Shown: in pieces, positions 12,830-24,860 of the stretch
How the letters are laid out: every line of letters starts with the position of its first letter
Numbering within the stretch: position 1 is the stretch's first letter
NCBI RefSeq assembly: GCF_004010195.1
Contig: NC_057718.1
Location: forward strand, 94,248,209 to 94,300,360
DNA: 52,152 nucleotides
Source: Chiloscyllium plagiosum
Taxonomy: Eukaryota
Direction: 5' to 3'
Position numbers and translations under genes: made by a program
The notes under the pieces: model-generated
What the model was told of the DNA's origin: nothing
Database searches by the model: none
Seen by the model: the letters and a program-made list of their open reading frames with translations, nothing else

Positions 12830-13150
12830 CATGGTGTTAATGTCACTGGCCTGGTCATCCAGAACCCCGGCTTAATGTTCTGCAGGCATGAGTTTGAATC
12901 CTGGTGCGGATGAGAGTGAGAGGAAGAAAAGCAGGAACTCAATTAAAGAAAAGCTGGACTAATAGTAACCATTGGTCATAAGAATCCATCTGACTCACTA
13001 ATACCTTCCAGGGAAGGAAGTCAGGCAATCCTTACTTCCTCTGGCCCCTCTCTCTGACTCCAGAACCTCAGCAATGTGATTGACTCTTGTCCTGAGCAAT
13101 TAAGGAGGAAGCTAAATGCTGACCTAGCCAGCAACATCCACACCCCATAA
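12830..13150 (+). mobile_element. tRNA-headed SINE of a second family, sharing its 3' tail with the second LINE family
   Basis: B-box-like GAGTTTGAATCC; body CATCTGACTCACTAATACCTTCCAGGGAAGGAA; tail TAAATGCTGACCTAGCCAGCAACATCCACACCCC. Confidence 0.6.
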
Positions 13151-13304
13151 GTGGTTTTGGAAAAAAAATCCTCTTGAGCCCTAGTTATATTGTAGGACAT
13201 TCCTGTTCTTTGGCATTCATTGGTCTGCTTGAAAGAAAATCCAAACAATTTTGTCCAGTGCATTCCAGTTATTGCCATTCTCCTGACTTTGGCTCCCTAA
13301 TTGG

Positions 13305-13540
13305 AGGTTCAGAGGGGATTTGAGAGAAAATGTTTCCAACCAGAGGATGGTGGGGTTCTGGAATGCACAGCCTGGGAGGGTAGTTGAGGTGGGAAATGTC
13401 ACAACCCTTAAAACCCGAAGTGTGATAGCCTTCAAGGCTGCGGGCCTAGTGTGGGAAAGTGGGACAAGTGTAGGAAGCAGTGTGTTTTTGACAGTACAAA
13501 CTCTGTGGGCCGAATGGTCTTTCCCGGACTATATGATTCA
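13305..13540 (+). mobile_element. CR1 LINE 3' end
   Basis: ORF 13320: RENVSNQRMVGFWNAQPGRVVE; tail TGTGGGCCGAATGGTCT. Confidence 0.75.
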
Positions 13541-13544
13541 ATGA

Positions 13545-13820
13545 TCGCTAATTCGGAGGTGTGTTCTCAAGGTTTCATGGCTATGAGTTCAAATTTAATG
13601 GTCACAGCTGGGGAAGTTAAATTGAGTTATGTAAAATATTTGTATCAATGACAATGATAACGTAACAACCAGATTGTTGCAACAAAGAGCTATGTGGTTC
13701 ACTACTGTCCATCATCAAAGGGAATCTGCCATCCTTAATGCTTTCTCCCCTACAGCCTGGCAAGCTAAGAAGGTTGCTTAAGAATAGTTATGAGATGGAT
13801 TATAAATGCTGGCCTTATCC
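13545..13820 (+). mobile_element. Degraded copy of the second SINE family
   Basis: GAGTTCAAAT, GGTTCACTACTGTCC...GGGAATCTGCCATCCTT and TAAATGCTGGCCTT match 12830-13150 and 29415-29700. Confidence 0.5.
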
Positions 13821-14149
13821 CCCTCTCTCACGTAGAAATAATTAATTCAAATACATGTAAAAAGTTGATCTCAAAGATCCTTTCTAAAGCACCATAGTTT
13901 GGAGGGTGCATGATCTTGAAATGTTGGACCAGTGGTCATGACTGAGTTTCTAGCATCATCTAAAAAGGACACTCTCCATCACTTGGATATCCCCCAACAT
14001 GCCATCTGTGCATCGTGAAAATAACTGGTTTGATTTCCTTTCAAATCACAAAGGAAAGATAGAGAGATATTTTTGAGGACAGCTTTGAGGCAGGTGAGTT
14101 AGTTAAGGATCAAAGGCACAAATAAAATCCATTTGAATAGATTCGCTGT

Positions 14150-14885
14150 AAGCATGGAGACAGATCCTTTGGTCCAACTCATCTATGCCGACCAGATATC
14201 CCAAATTAATCTCGTCCCATTTACCAGCATTCAGCCCATATCCTGTTAAACCTTTCCTATTCATGTACCCAACCAGATGCCTTTTAAATGTTGTATTGTA
14301 CCAGCCTCCACCACTTCCTCTGGCAGCTCATTCCATACACGCACCACTCTCTGTGCGAAAATGTTGCCCTTTAGGTCCCTTCTATATTTTTCCCATGTCA
14401 CCTTAAACCTATGGCCTCTGGTTTTCAACTCCCCCACCTCAGGGAAAAAACCTTGTCTATTTACCCTATCCGTGCCCCTCATGATTTTATAAACCTCATT
14501 AAGGTCACCCCTCAGCCTCCGACGCTCCAGGAAGAACAGCCCCAATCTATTCAGCCTCTCCCTCTACGTCAAACTCTCTAACCCCAGAAACATCCTTGTA
14601 CGTCTTTTCTGAACCCTTTCAAATTTATCAAAATCTTTCCTATGGCAGGGAACTCAGATTAAATACAGTATTCCAAAAGTGGCCTAACAAAGTCCTGTAC
14701 AGGCGTAACATGACCTCCCAACTCCTATACTCAATGCACTGACCAATGAAGGCATGTACCAAACACCTTCTTCACTACCCCATTACTCTGTGACTCCACC
14801 TTGAAGGAACCTGCACCCTAAGATCTCTTTGCTGACTAACAGTCCCGAAAACCCGACCATTAAGAGTATATGTCCTGCCCTGATT
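14150..14885 (-). mobile_element. CR1 LINE 3' fragment
   Basis: ORF 14261..14545: LERRRLRGDLNEVYKIMRG...QRVVRVWNELPEEVVEAG. Confidence 0.92.
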
Positions 14886-15174
14886 AATAATTTTAAGAGT
14901 AATATCCTATACCAAAATTATGAACATCCAAGTAACAAAAGCTCACACTAATGAATGCACTCCCATACAACAGTAATTTTAAGATCCAGTATATGAACAT
15001 GTTATGTACTTACAAGCGGCTTGTTGATACTGTTCTGTATTGTGCACCCACTTGCGCACGTTTGTCTTGCAATCAGTTGCCAAAATGGAACCACCTTTGC
15101 AGCCTGGGGACTGTAGGTAAGGCATTTCAGGAAGTACAATACACTGTGTATGATGGAAGCTCTTCAACACACAA

Positions 15175-15378
15175 AGGGTGGTAAAGGTTTGGAACTCTCT
15201 TCCACAAATGGCCTTGGATGTTGGATCAGCTGTTAATTTTCAATCTGAGGTGATAGACTCTTGTGAAGCAAGGTTATGAAGGGATATGGACCAAAGGCAG
15301 GTATATGGAGTTAGGTCACAGATCAGACGTGACCTCATTGAATGGCGGAACCCGCTGGAGGGGCTGAATGGCCTATGG
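15175..15378 (+). mobile_element. CR1-group 3' tail, older subfamily
   Basis: AGGGTGGTAAAGGTTTGGAACTCTCTTCC...ATTGAATGGCGGAAC...GGGGCTGAATGGCCTA. Confidence 0.65.
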
Positions 15379-15980
15379 TGGAAATTTAAAATGAAAACAG
15401 ATAGTGCTGGAAGTACTCAGCAACCTGGCAGCAAATGTGAGAGAGTGTTTCAGTTGAAGAAGATGCATTTTCAGATTACAGGAGGTAACATTGTCTGGCA
15501 AAGGGAAAGAACAGCGACAGCATTTACAAAAGCCATGACAACCATTAACTCAGTCGGGCTGACACCATTTGTAGCATGATGCAGATTTCTTGTCTCAAAT
15601 GTGTCTAGAAGATCTGAATAATACATAACTTGGATTTTCTCATAATGTATGAAGACATTTTTAAAGCAGCCAATGCAATATTTGTCATGCCTACAGCATT
15701 GTGGTAAACAGTTAACTGTTGCACACTTAGCATTTTTGAATATTTTGGCAACATCCTTGTATTTCATTTGAATCTGTGATTCAGCTCTAATAAGCCAACC
15801 CATCTTTGTCACTTGAAAGCTTTGTCTGTGAAATTCATTACCTTTGTTAAATGTGACTCTGGAGTCTTCTTTAGTCCAGTAATACACTGGTTCAAAGGAG
15901 TCTAAGCTGAGGAGAGGAAATGTACCGTTGAAATATGAAAAATTGGAACTCACAAAGAATTTATTTCACGAATCCTGGAT

Positions 15981-16480
15981 NNNNNNNNNNNNNNNNNNNN
16001 NNNNNNNNNNNNNNNNNNNNNNNNNNNNNNNNNNNNNNNNNNNNNNNNNNNNNNNNNNNNNNNNNNNNNNNNNNNNNNNNNNNNNNNNNNNNNNNNNNNN
16101 NNNNNNNNNNNNNNNNNNNNNNNNNNNNNNNNNNNNNNNNNNNNNNNNNNNNNNNNNNNNNNNNNNNNNNNNNNNNNNNNNNNNNNNNNNNNNNNNNNNN
16201 NNNNNNNNNNNNNNNNNNNNNNNNNNNNNNNNNNNNNNNNNNNNNNNNNNNNNNNNNNNNNNNNNNNNNNNNNNNNNNNNNNNNNNNNNNNNNNNNNNNN
16301 NNNNNNNNNNNNNNNNNNNNNNNNNNNNNNNNNNNNNNNNNNNNNNNNNNNNNNNNNNNNNNNNNNNNNNNNNNNNNNNNNNNNNNNNNNNNNNNNNNNN
16401 NNNNNNNNNNNNNNNNNNNNNNNNNNNNNNNNNNNNNNNNNNNNNNNNNNNNNNNNNNNNNNNNNNNNNNNNNNNNNNNN
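15981..16480. other. Assembly gap (500 N)
   Basis: Run of N. Confidence 1.
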
Positions 16481-16716
16481 ATGTAAAAGAACTTAGAATT
16501 TAATCAGAAATAAATTAGCTCTGTCTACAGATCTGTACTCACAGTAGCTGATGCTATTAATTGTCTGGATTGTTGATGTCCAAAGCTCTTGTGTTGTTGA
16601 TCTTCAATGAGGTTTTCAAATATCTGCCACCAAATATCTTGGAGATCTTTTTAAAATTATCATTGTTAATCCCCATGTGCGTTTTCTCAAGTCATCTGCT
16701 GTGTAAATATTTATGG

Positions 16717-17341
16717 TGTTATGGACTAGACCAGACTACTCAAAACATTCTTCAGCAGGCAACCCAGACCATAACTTTACAATTTGTTTCGGTAAGTGTA
16801 CAGTGAAAATTACCTGGAGTGAGGTAGCTAGGTTGACTATTAGGTTTTAAAACAGGCAAAAGTTTATTCACAAGATTAGACAATGAAACACAAAGAACAG
16901 AATAAAGAACCCCTACAGAACTGAGTATATTCAAACTAGATTTAATTATGCTGTTCAGGATATACACAACAGTCCCAATAAGCAAACCCCTTTAAAACAC
17001 AGCTAGAAAAAAGGAACAGATGCTTACGGGTTGAAGCTAGAAGAGCAGAAAGAGAGAGATCCTGTTCACACAGTCCACTGCTGAACTCCCAACTAGTTTC
17101 GGACTGAACTGAGCTGCCCAGCTAGAGAGGTGACCATTCCCCTTTCATTATACAGGTCACTTCTAAAACATGACCACTTTGGCCTGATGTCTCATCTGTT
17201 TACATATAAACAAAAGGCCTCTCAACATCCTTTTCACCTCTGTACCAAACTAGTCTAATCAGAGTCTGGCCCGTTTATGACCCCTCTGAAAAAGATCAAG
17301 GCCACAGTACCCATGAGAAAAAGAACAGCTTTTAGAAAACA
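16717..17341 (-). repeat. 3' LTR
   Basis: TGTTATGGAC...AAAACA with TG/CA ends. Direct repeat of 21780-22449, lacking ~17 bp near its PPT-proximal end. Confidence 0.93.
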
Positions 17342-17352
17342 CCTCCCCCCTT
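17342..17352 (-). promoter_or_regulatory. Polypurine tract (PPT)
   Basis: Minus strand AAGGGGGGAGG immediately before the TG that starts the 3' LTR. Confidence 0.88.
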
Positions 17353-17522
17353 AACAAACAATGAACCATCAATACCAAAAGGTGGCTTCATTTTTTAAAA
17401 TTCCTTCAAAAACCGGTTAGTAGTCTAAACATATGTATACACTATACTAACTATAAACATGCAGACATGCACAATCACATGCAAATTCCTGCCATGGCAC
17501 ACCCACAGCCGAACACCGTATC

Positions 17523-18043
17523 TCATTCGAGTCTCAATAACACATCAGCAATCACGTTTTCGCAACCTGCCACATGCACAATTTTCAAATTGAATGGCTG
17601 TAACAACAAGCACCATCTAAACAGTCTGGCATTTTTGTCCTTAAAAGTTTCCATGAATGCCAATGGGTTGTGATCAGGATATACAATTATCTCAGATACA
17701 TTGCTGGTAATATAAACACTGAGATGTTGTAATGCCAACACCAAGCTTAAAGTCTCTTTTTCCATCGTTGAATATTTCTGTTGATGAAATATTCCTGGAA
17801 AAATACCTGATGAGTCTTTCTATTCCCTCGGCATCCTCCAGCGGGAGCACTGACACCCACATCACTGGCATCGATAGCCACCTTGAAAGGCTTCATGTAA
17901 TCTGGTGTGGCTAATACTGGGGCAGTGGTTAACACAGTTTTTAGGCTGTCACATGCCTTTTGACAGTCCGTTGTCCACTGAAACGTCTTGCCCTTTTTTA
18001 ACAATTCGGTGAGTGGAGCAGCCACACCGCTAAAGTTTGGCAC
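17523..18043 (-). pseudogene. Gypsy RNase H domain (frameshifted)
   Basis: PNFSGVAAPLTELLKK...WTTDCQKA...APVLATPD...FKVAIDASDVGV, then EKETLSLVLAL...DHNPL...RLFRW...NVIADVL. Confidence 0.9.
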
Positions 18044-18059
18044 AAACTTTCAGTAAAAT

Positions 18060-18745
18060 CCACTCAATCCGAAGAACTGTAGTACTGCTTTTTTCATCGA
18101 TGGTGTGGGAAATTACCCAATTACTTTTGTTTTCGCACCCCATGGGGCCATTTGTCCATGTCCAATAACATGGCCCAGGAAAGTGACCTGGGCTTTGGGA
18201 AATTCACTTTTAGCTAGGTTTACTACCAAGCCTGCTTCCTGAAGACGATCAAGCAAGTTCCTTAAACGAATGACTAAAAACCAGCAGATCATCAATGTAC
18301 ACCACACAACTGGGTAACCCGGCAATGACCTTATTAGTCAGTCTCTGAAAAGTGGCTGGAGTGCTTTTCCTGCCAAATGGCATGAGTTTGAACTGATATC
18401 TTCCATTTGGCGTTACGAAAGCCATTGATCTCTCTGAGAGAGGCGCTTGCCAGTAACCTCTGAGCAAGTCCAACTTAGAAATGTAAGTTGCTTGTCCCAC
18501 TTTGTCAACACATTCCTCCAACCGTGGAATTGGATATGCATCAGCCTTTGTAACAGCATTGACTTTGCGATAGTCCACACATAACCATTGGGTACCATCT
18601 GGCTTTGGCACCAGGACTATAGGTGAGCTCCAGTCACTGTAACTCACTTTGATTATGCTACCTTGGAGCATGCGCTCTATTTCCTTCTGAACCTGTGCCA
18701 ACTTTAAGGGTAATGCCTATATGGATATTGCTTAATTGGAACAGC
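18060..18745 (-). pseudogene. Gypsy reverse transcriptase (disrupted)
   Basis: PIKQYPYR, SDWSSPIVLVPKPDG, LCVDYRKVN, SKLDLLRGYWQ, MPFG, YIDD, FLGHVIG. Confidence 0.95.
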
Positions 18746-18999
18746 ATCTCCCATATCTACAACATGCACAATTAGATTAATACTTCCCAGTTTATTTCTG
18801 TATATCTCCCCATGTGATAGCAATAATTCTTTCAGGTCATTTAGATTTTCTTGTGGAAGGTAATTCAATAATTTATCCCAATTTTTGACAACTTTCTCAT
18901 TGTCCAACTTGATTTGAGGAATGTCCAATTCAGAATCCTCTGAACCTGGTTCTTCCTTCTTTACTGCAATCATTAACACCTTCTTCTCTTGCTTTCCTT

Positions 19000-20119
19000 C
19001 CCTATCAAAATACCTTTTGAGCATATTCACATGACACATGCTGTGAGATTTCTTCCTACCTGGAGTCCTTATCAAGTAGTTCACCTCACTCAATTTCCTC
19101 TTGATTCAATAAGATCCACTAAACCTGGCTTTTAAAGGTTCACCTGTTACTGCAAGTAACACCAATAACTTATCCCCAATTGCAAAATTATGAATTTGTG
19201 ATTTTTCTATCTGCTTCTGGTTTCATTGTATGCTGTGATACTTTTAAATACTGTCTAGCCAACTCTCCAGCTCTATTTAATCATTCCCTCAAATTTGACA
19301 TAGTCCAAATGTGTGGTCTCTGAATTCTGACTTATTAATTTCTCCTTAGTCAATTTTAACAGTCCTCTTACTTCATGCCCCAAAATTAATTGAAATGGAC
19401 TGAATTTGGTCAATTCATTTGGTGCATTTCTGATCACATAAAGTACAAATGGAACTCTCTTATTCCACTCATCTGGATAATCCTGGCCATAAGCTTGCAA
19501 CATGGTCTTTAGTGTTGATGCCATCTCTCTAGTGCTCCCTGCGATTCTGGATGGTATGCAGTAAATTTGAATTGTTTTATTCCCAAATTATCCATAACCT
19601 CCTTGAATAGTTTGGATGTGAAGTTTGATCCTTGATCTGATTGGATTTCTATTGGTAGTCTGTATCTAGTAAAATATTTAAGTAATTCTTGTACAACTCT
19701 TTTAGTTATGATGTTGTGTAATGGCATTGCCTCTGGAAATCTCATCGACACATCCATTATTGTTAATAAATATGGATTCTTATTTTTTGTTTGAGGTAGG
19801 GGACCTACACAATCAATAAAGATTCTTGTGAAAGGTTCCTCAAATGCTGAAATAGGTATTAAAGGTATAGGTTTTATTACTGCCTGTGGTTTTCTGATTA
19901 GCTGACATGTATAACACATCTGAAAAATTCAACTACATCCTTGTGTAGTACAGGACAGTAAAAATGTCTTCGTATTTTAGCCTGTGTTTTCCTCACCCCT
20001 AAATGATCAACAAGTGGTAGCTCATGCGTCACTCGCAGCACCTCCTTTCCATACCCTACTGGCAAAACAATTTGATGAATCTCTAGTTGTTTAGTAATAA
20101 CAAACAGGGATGCATCCAC
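19000..20119 (-). pseudogene. Gypsy integrase (HHCC, DDE core and GPY/F-like C-terminus), disrupted
   Basis: HELPLVDHLG...C..CQ; IFIDCVGPLP; IQSDQGSNF; YHPESQGALERW; FSPFQLILG; CHVNMLKRY. Confidence 0.93.
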
Positions 20120-20479
20120 TCTCCTTCTCTGTAAATGCGTTTTGATATAACTGTTTTAAGTTCTCATCTTTCTGCTGTGACTCAATCAGCTTAGCAGAGC
20201 TAAAGATTTTGCATGTTTCCCTATTTGCTCCTTATCTGTCATACTTATCTGATTGAAAAAGGTCTCAGATAAAGCTATGTCAGCTTGCTTTTCTGTGTCT
20301 TTTGATCTCTCCTGCTTCAACTTGTGCCTCTATGATCTTGTGATCACACAATCTGGGAAAATTCCTGGATAAACATTCTTCATTTCTTCAGTTGCCTACA
20401 TCTCCACTGGCTTTTCAACTAGAGTAGGCAGCACACCTACCGGTGAATCAGCTATATCATTTGCAGGTGAATCAGCTAT

Positions 20480-20780
20480 ATCATTTGCAAGGACAAATTG
20501 TATTCCTGGAGCTGAGAGTTTGTCCAGTATCCTACCACAAATTCTCCACTCTTCTCTGGATTCTCTAGCCTCACTTTACATAACCGAGCACTTTTTGTCT
20601 CACCATGAAATCCTGTTATCAGTACCTTTTCTGACAATAGTCCCTCAGGAGTACATATCTCCTCATCCTTTAGCATTACAGACTGAGAGGATCTGGTGTC
20701 CCTTAATATTGTAACCTCCTTACCTATTGCTCCTGGTATATGTGAATAAACTTTACCCTTGCATGTATATTTTTTAAGCA
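20480..20780 (-). pseudogene. Aspartic protease remnant
   Basis: VTILRDTRSSQS, a degenerate LRDTG active-site motif, in ORF 20476..20931. Confidence 0.8.
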
Positions 20781-20864
20781 GATCTGGCACTTCCTCCTTC
20801 ATCAACATCTGATCATCTTGTACACTCTGAGGCAGTTGTCTAACTTCCTTTGTGCTTTTTGTTA

Positions 20865-21679
20865 CTAGTCCAATAAAACTACCGGCTTGTCTGGTTTTCC
20901 TACATCTGGCTTTCCCCCAGCCCACCAACACTGTGATTTTATGTGGATGACTTTATTACAATGAAAGCACCGGAGCTTTTTAACTCCTTTGTCCCCCTCA
21001 AGAGCTTCTTTTTTACCCTGTGGTAAGTTATCCTTATGATCTTCACTGAGATCTACCTTTCCCTTTCCACGTGAGGATTTCTCTTTGCTCCAATTTCTAT
21101 CCGTCATGGACTGAAACTGATTCTGGAAGCCAAACTGAGTTTTATGGACCAGCTCATAATCATCAGCCCCTTCAGCTGCAAACCTTACTATTTTAACTCT
21201 CTGCTCTTCCACGTGAGTTTGCACTACTTCCTCATTAAGGTTATCTTCAGCCTTTATCTCCAGCCTTTTAAGCTGACTTTCCTTTTTAAGGGTCAGTTTC
21301 TGAAGTTCAAAAACTCTCTTTTTCCCTCTCTTCTGCTTCTCTCTTTTTCTCTTTGTTCTGCTGCTCTCTCTTTTCCCTCTCTTCTGCTTTTAATCGTAAC
21401 TCAAACTGTTTCATTTCTGCTGCCCTTTCCTTAACTCTCACCTCTAACTCAAGCTACTTCATTTGTAATTGAATTCTAGCCATCTCTATAGATTCGGATG
21501 GATTCTCCAGCAAGTTTAACTACTGAGCTACTGCTGTAATGATCTCTCCTTTCCTCACAGAATCAGGCAGCTCCAATTCCAGCTTGTCTGCTAATTCCTG
21601 CAGCTTGGCTTTATCTGTCTTTTGCAAACCTTCCCAAGTCACCGCATCCACTTCCACGTTTGGTGAATGAAAGAGCCAT
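20865..21679 (-). pseudogene. gag remnant with zinc knuckle
   Basis: ATG at 21679, a helical N-terminus (KAKLQELADKLEL), a K/E/R-rich stretch, ADDYELVHK, and CFHCNKVIHIKSQC (CX2CX4HX4C). Confidence 0.85.
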
Positions 21680-21779
21680 TACAATCCCAAGCTTTGTCTA
21701 CCCAACCAAATCAACACCCAAAATAAAGACACTAGCACCTGCCACTCACTGTTTAAAACTCCTCAAAGAGTTCCCAGCC

Positions 21780-22449
21780 TGTTATGGACTAGGCCAGACC
21801 AATCAAAACATTCTTAAGCAGGCAGCCAGGACAATAACTTTGCAATTTGTTTCAGCAAACAAACAATAACTTTTGTTCAGCAAGTGTACAGTGAAAATTA
21901 CCCAGAGCAAGGTGGCTGGGTTGACTACCAGGTTTTAAAACAGATAAAGATTTATTCATAAAATTACACAATGAAACACAAAGAACAGAATAAAGAACCC
22001 CTACAGAACTCAGTCTATCCAAACTAGACTTAGTTATATTGTTCTGAATATACACAACAGTCCCAATAAGCAAACTCCGTTAAAACACAGTAAAACAAAA
22101 GGATCAGATGCTTACAGGTTGAAGTAAGATGGGCAGAAAGAGAGAGAGCTTGTTCACACACTCCACAGCTGAACTCCCAACTAGTTCTGGGCTGAACTGA
22201 ACTGCTTAGCTAGAGAGCTGACCACTCCCCTTTCATTATACAGGTCACTTCTAAAACATGACCACTTTGGGCTGAAGTCTCTCCTGTTTACTTATAAACA
22301 AAAGGCCCCTCAAAACCCTTTTCATCTCTGTACTAAATTATTCTAATCGGAACCCAGCCTGTTTATAACACCTCTGAAAAAAAAATTAAGGCCACAGTAC
22401 ACTTGAGAAAAGAAACAGCCTTTAGAAAAAAGGGACCAGGTTTGTGACC
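21780..22449 (-). repeat. 5' LTR
   Basis: TGTTATGGACTAGGCCAGACC...TTTGTGACC; direct repeat of 16717-17341 with an extra ~25 bp near 21855-21880. Confidence 0.92.
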
Positions 22450-22702
22450 ATCGTGTCTCTCAAAACATAAGAAGCAAGGATGTGGGCAGCATTTTATTGA
22501 AACAGACATTTATAACAGTTCACAAATATATACACTTATTACATTCACAGGCACATCAGTGTCCAAACAATAGAATCTTCCATCAGCTGCAAGTGGCCGG
22601 AGACCTTTGTACCATCAGGTTACATGCTGTGATGGAGCGATGGTAGCATGAGCTTGTTCCATAAAGATATCAAATAAAAACCGATAAAACTGCAGATGCT
22701 GT

Positions 22703-23345
22703 TAGCCCCAGCCTATCCATCCTCTCTTGTAACTCAAACCCTCTATTCCTGGTAATTTTTTTCTGAGCCTTATCCAGCTAAATAATATCCTTCCTATAAG
22801 AATGAAACCAGAACTGGACACAGTATTCCAGAAGAGGCCTCACCAATGTCCTTAATAACCTCAACATGATATCCCAACTCCTATTCTCAATGGTCTGAGC
22901 AATGAAGGCAATTGTGCTAAATGCCTTTTTAAACTCCCTGTTTACATGTGATGCAAACTTCAATGAATTATTCAATGGTACCTGAACCCTTAGGTATCCC
23001 TGTTCTACCACACTACCTGAGGCCCTACTTTGAATTGTGTAAATCCTGGTCTTGCTTGTTTTACCAAAATTCAATACCTCACGTTTATCCAAATTAAACT
23101 CCATCTGCTACTCCGCAATTGATCAAGGTCTTTTTGTAATCTTAGATAATCTTCTTCACTATCCACTATACCACCAATTTTGGTGTCATCCACAAACCTA
23201 CTGACCAAGCCGCTTACATATTCTCATCTAAATCTTTTAGATAAATGACAAACAAAAGTGGATCCAGCAGCAGTTCCTGTGGAACACTACTGGTCACAGG
23301 CCTCCATTCCAAAAAAATAACTCTCCACCACCACTCTCTGTCTCC
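22703..23345 (-). mobile_element. CR1 LINE RT fragment
   Basis: ORF 22778..23104: MEFNLDKREVLNFG...LVRPLLEYCVQFW...YRKDI. Confidence 0.9.
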
Positions 23346-24039
23346 TACTATTATGCCATTGCAGCCCATTTGAATATTGCATCAGGCAGGTTCTGGGTAT
23401 CAGAAGGGGCCCTCAATCGTCCAAAAGCACAAAAAGGACAATTGTGAGTTGAATTTCACCCCCTGTTCCTTCTAACATGGACTAACAGGTAGTTCAACCC
23501 ACATTAAAGTACTGACAAAAATAGTTGTTTTGTTCCTTACTGTGTAAATGCTATCCCTTGCATGACCAGATTTTTTTGTTCCCCAATGGAGCAAGTTAAA
23601 ACTGAGAATGATCTGCATTTAAACTGGCCATGTTTTCATGAGCAGTTAAACTGAGAGAAGCATCAAATAAGAGATGTTGAATATCTCATTTTAGCTCTCA
23701 CATAGTTGATTGACTTCACACTATTATTTTCGATTTGCGACTATTATTTTTAGACACTTGGTGACAGTGTGTAAAAAAAAGTCGAGAAAAGATTTTTTAA
23801 GACAGCATTTTTCCGAAGAAGCAAATGCAAGTGGAGGAAAAGCTTTGTTCACACAGTGAGTAGTTAGGCTCTGGATGTATGATGGAAGCAGCTTCAGTTG
23901 GACAGGAAGTGGTTGCTTGCTGGAATCTACTGCCTGTAAGCTTGGTACGTGGGGAGGGGGGATGCCCTCATAAGATCTAAAGAGTATTTTAATGAACACT
24001 TGAAAATACATTGCTGGGCTATGTGCCAAGTGCTATAAC

Positions 24040-24860
24040 TGAAAACCAGGAACCTGTTTTGCAGCTTATTAATCAAGTGCTGCAAATTGTTGAGTTATGC
24101 AACATAACGTTGCTTTTTCGAAGCAGTGAGAGGGAGAATTTTATATTGAATAGCACAAACAATCTTTTGACCAAGCCTACCTGACAACAGCCTTCTGACT
24201 GGCTGAGCTGCATAATGTTAAAATGCTGCAAGTCCCAAGAGCGACAGTGAAAGAAATACCTGGAGACTGTAGACGGAAAGCAACCATCTCTCTCACTCTC
24301 TCCCTCTCTCTCTCGTCTCTGGGCTAAAGCTTGTAAAAGCTAAAAAACTTAAAAAGAAAAATTCACATAAGACCTCAGTTCACTTTATCAGTGATCAAAT
24401 CAATAAAGAACCATTACTGTACAGACAGCGGTGTATCAGTACTGTATCAACTGTGAGAAAATAGTTTGTGGTCTTTTGGTCGTTTAATCTTTGGAATTTT
24501 GTTTAGAATGTCTATATTGTTTTTCCACCAATAGTATATGTGTTCAAATGTTGTCTTCTTTCTGTCTTAATCAGGACAGGGTGTGTATTGATTTGGGGTG
24601 TTAACATAAGTTATATGAATTTGAAATCTTTTCTTTTCACTGCTCTTGTTAAAGTTGTGTTTCGAGAGAGTTTGTTTCCTCTGTAACTAACGACATCTGA
24701 TGTGAATTGCTTTTATCTGGATTGGCAAATAATCACACAACTTGGACATTTTGGCTATGTCTTTGGAAATGATATGTTTATACATTTTGTGACAGTTTAT
24801 GAAACAGTGGGACACAGCTATCAGCACCCTCTTCCTAGTTATGTGCTATGGTTAGTACAT
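24040..24860 (+). mobile_element. Possible old solo LTR (unclassified)
   Basis: CT microsatellite and T-rich 3' part. Patchy similarity to ~49870-50198 (TTTGGGGTGTTAACATAAGTTAT vs TTTGGGATGTTAGAATATAAGTTAT). Boundaries uncertain. Confidence 0.25.

Larger units (their letters stand above)
16717..22449 (-). mobile_element. Full-length decayed Ty3/Gypsy LTR retrotransposon, Gmr1-like (gag-PR-IN-RT-RH)
   Basis: Two direct LTRs, a PPT and all pol domains on the minus strand. Flanks ATGG (16713-16716) and ATCG (22450-22453) fit a 4-bp TSD with one mismatch. Confidence 0.93.

Noticed and set aside
15471..15953. 160-aa minus-strand ORF in non-repeat sequence
   Set aside because: GTG start, no recognisable motif and no supported splice structure. 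Treated as a chance ORF; RNA-seq or tBLASTn conservation could revive it.
17523..20119. Copia/Ty1 or retrovirus classification
   Set aside because: IN-before-RT order is copia-like, but the RT (LCVDYRKVN, YIDD) and IN motifs are Gypsy-type. The ~170 bp between pol and the PPT leaves no room for env.
20442..20489. 24-bp perfect tandem duplication in pol
   Set aside because: Ordinary slippage in a dead element, with no functional implication.
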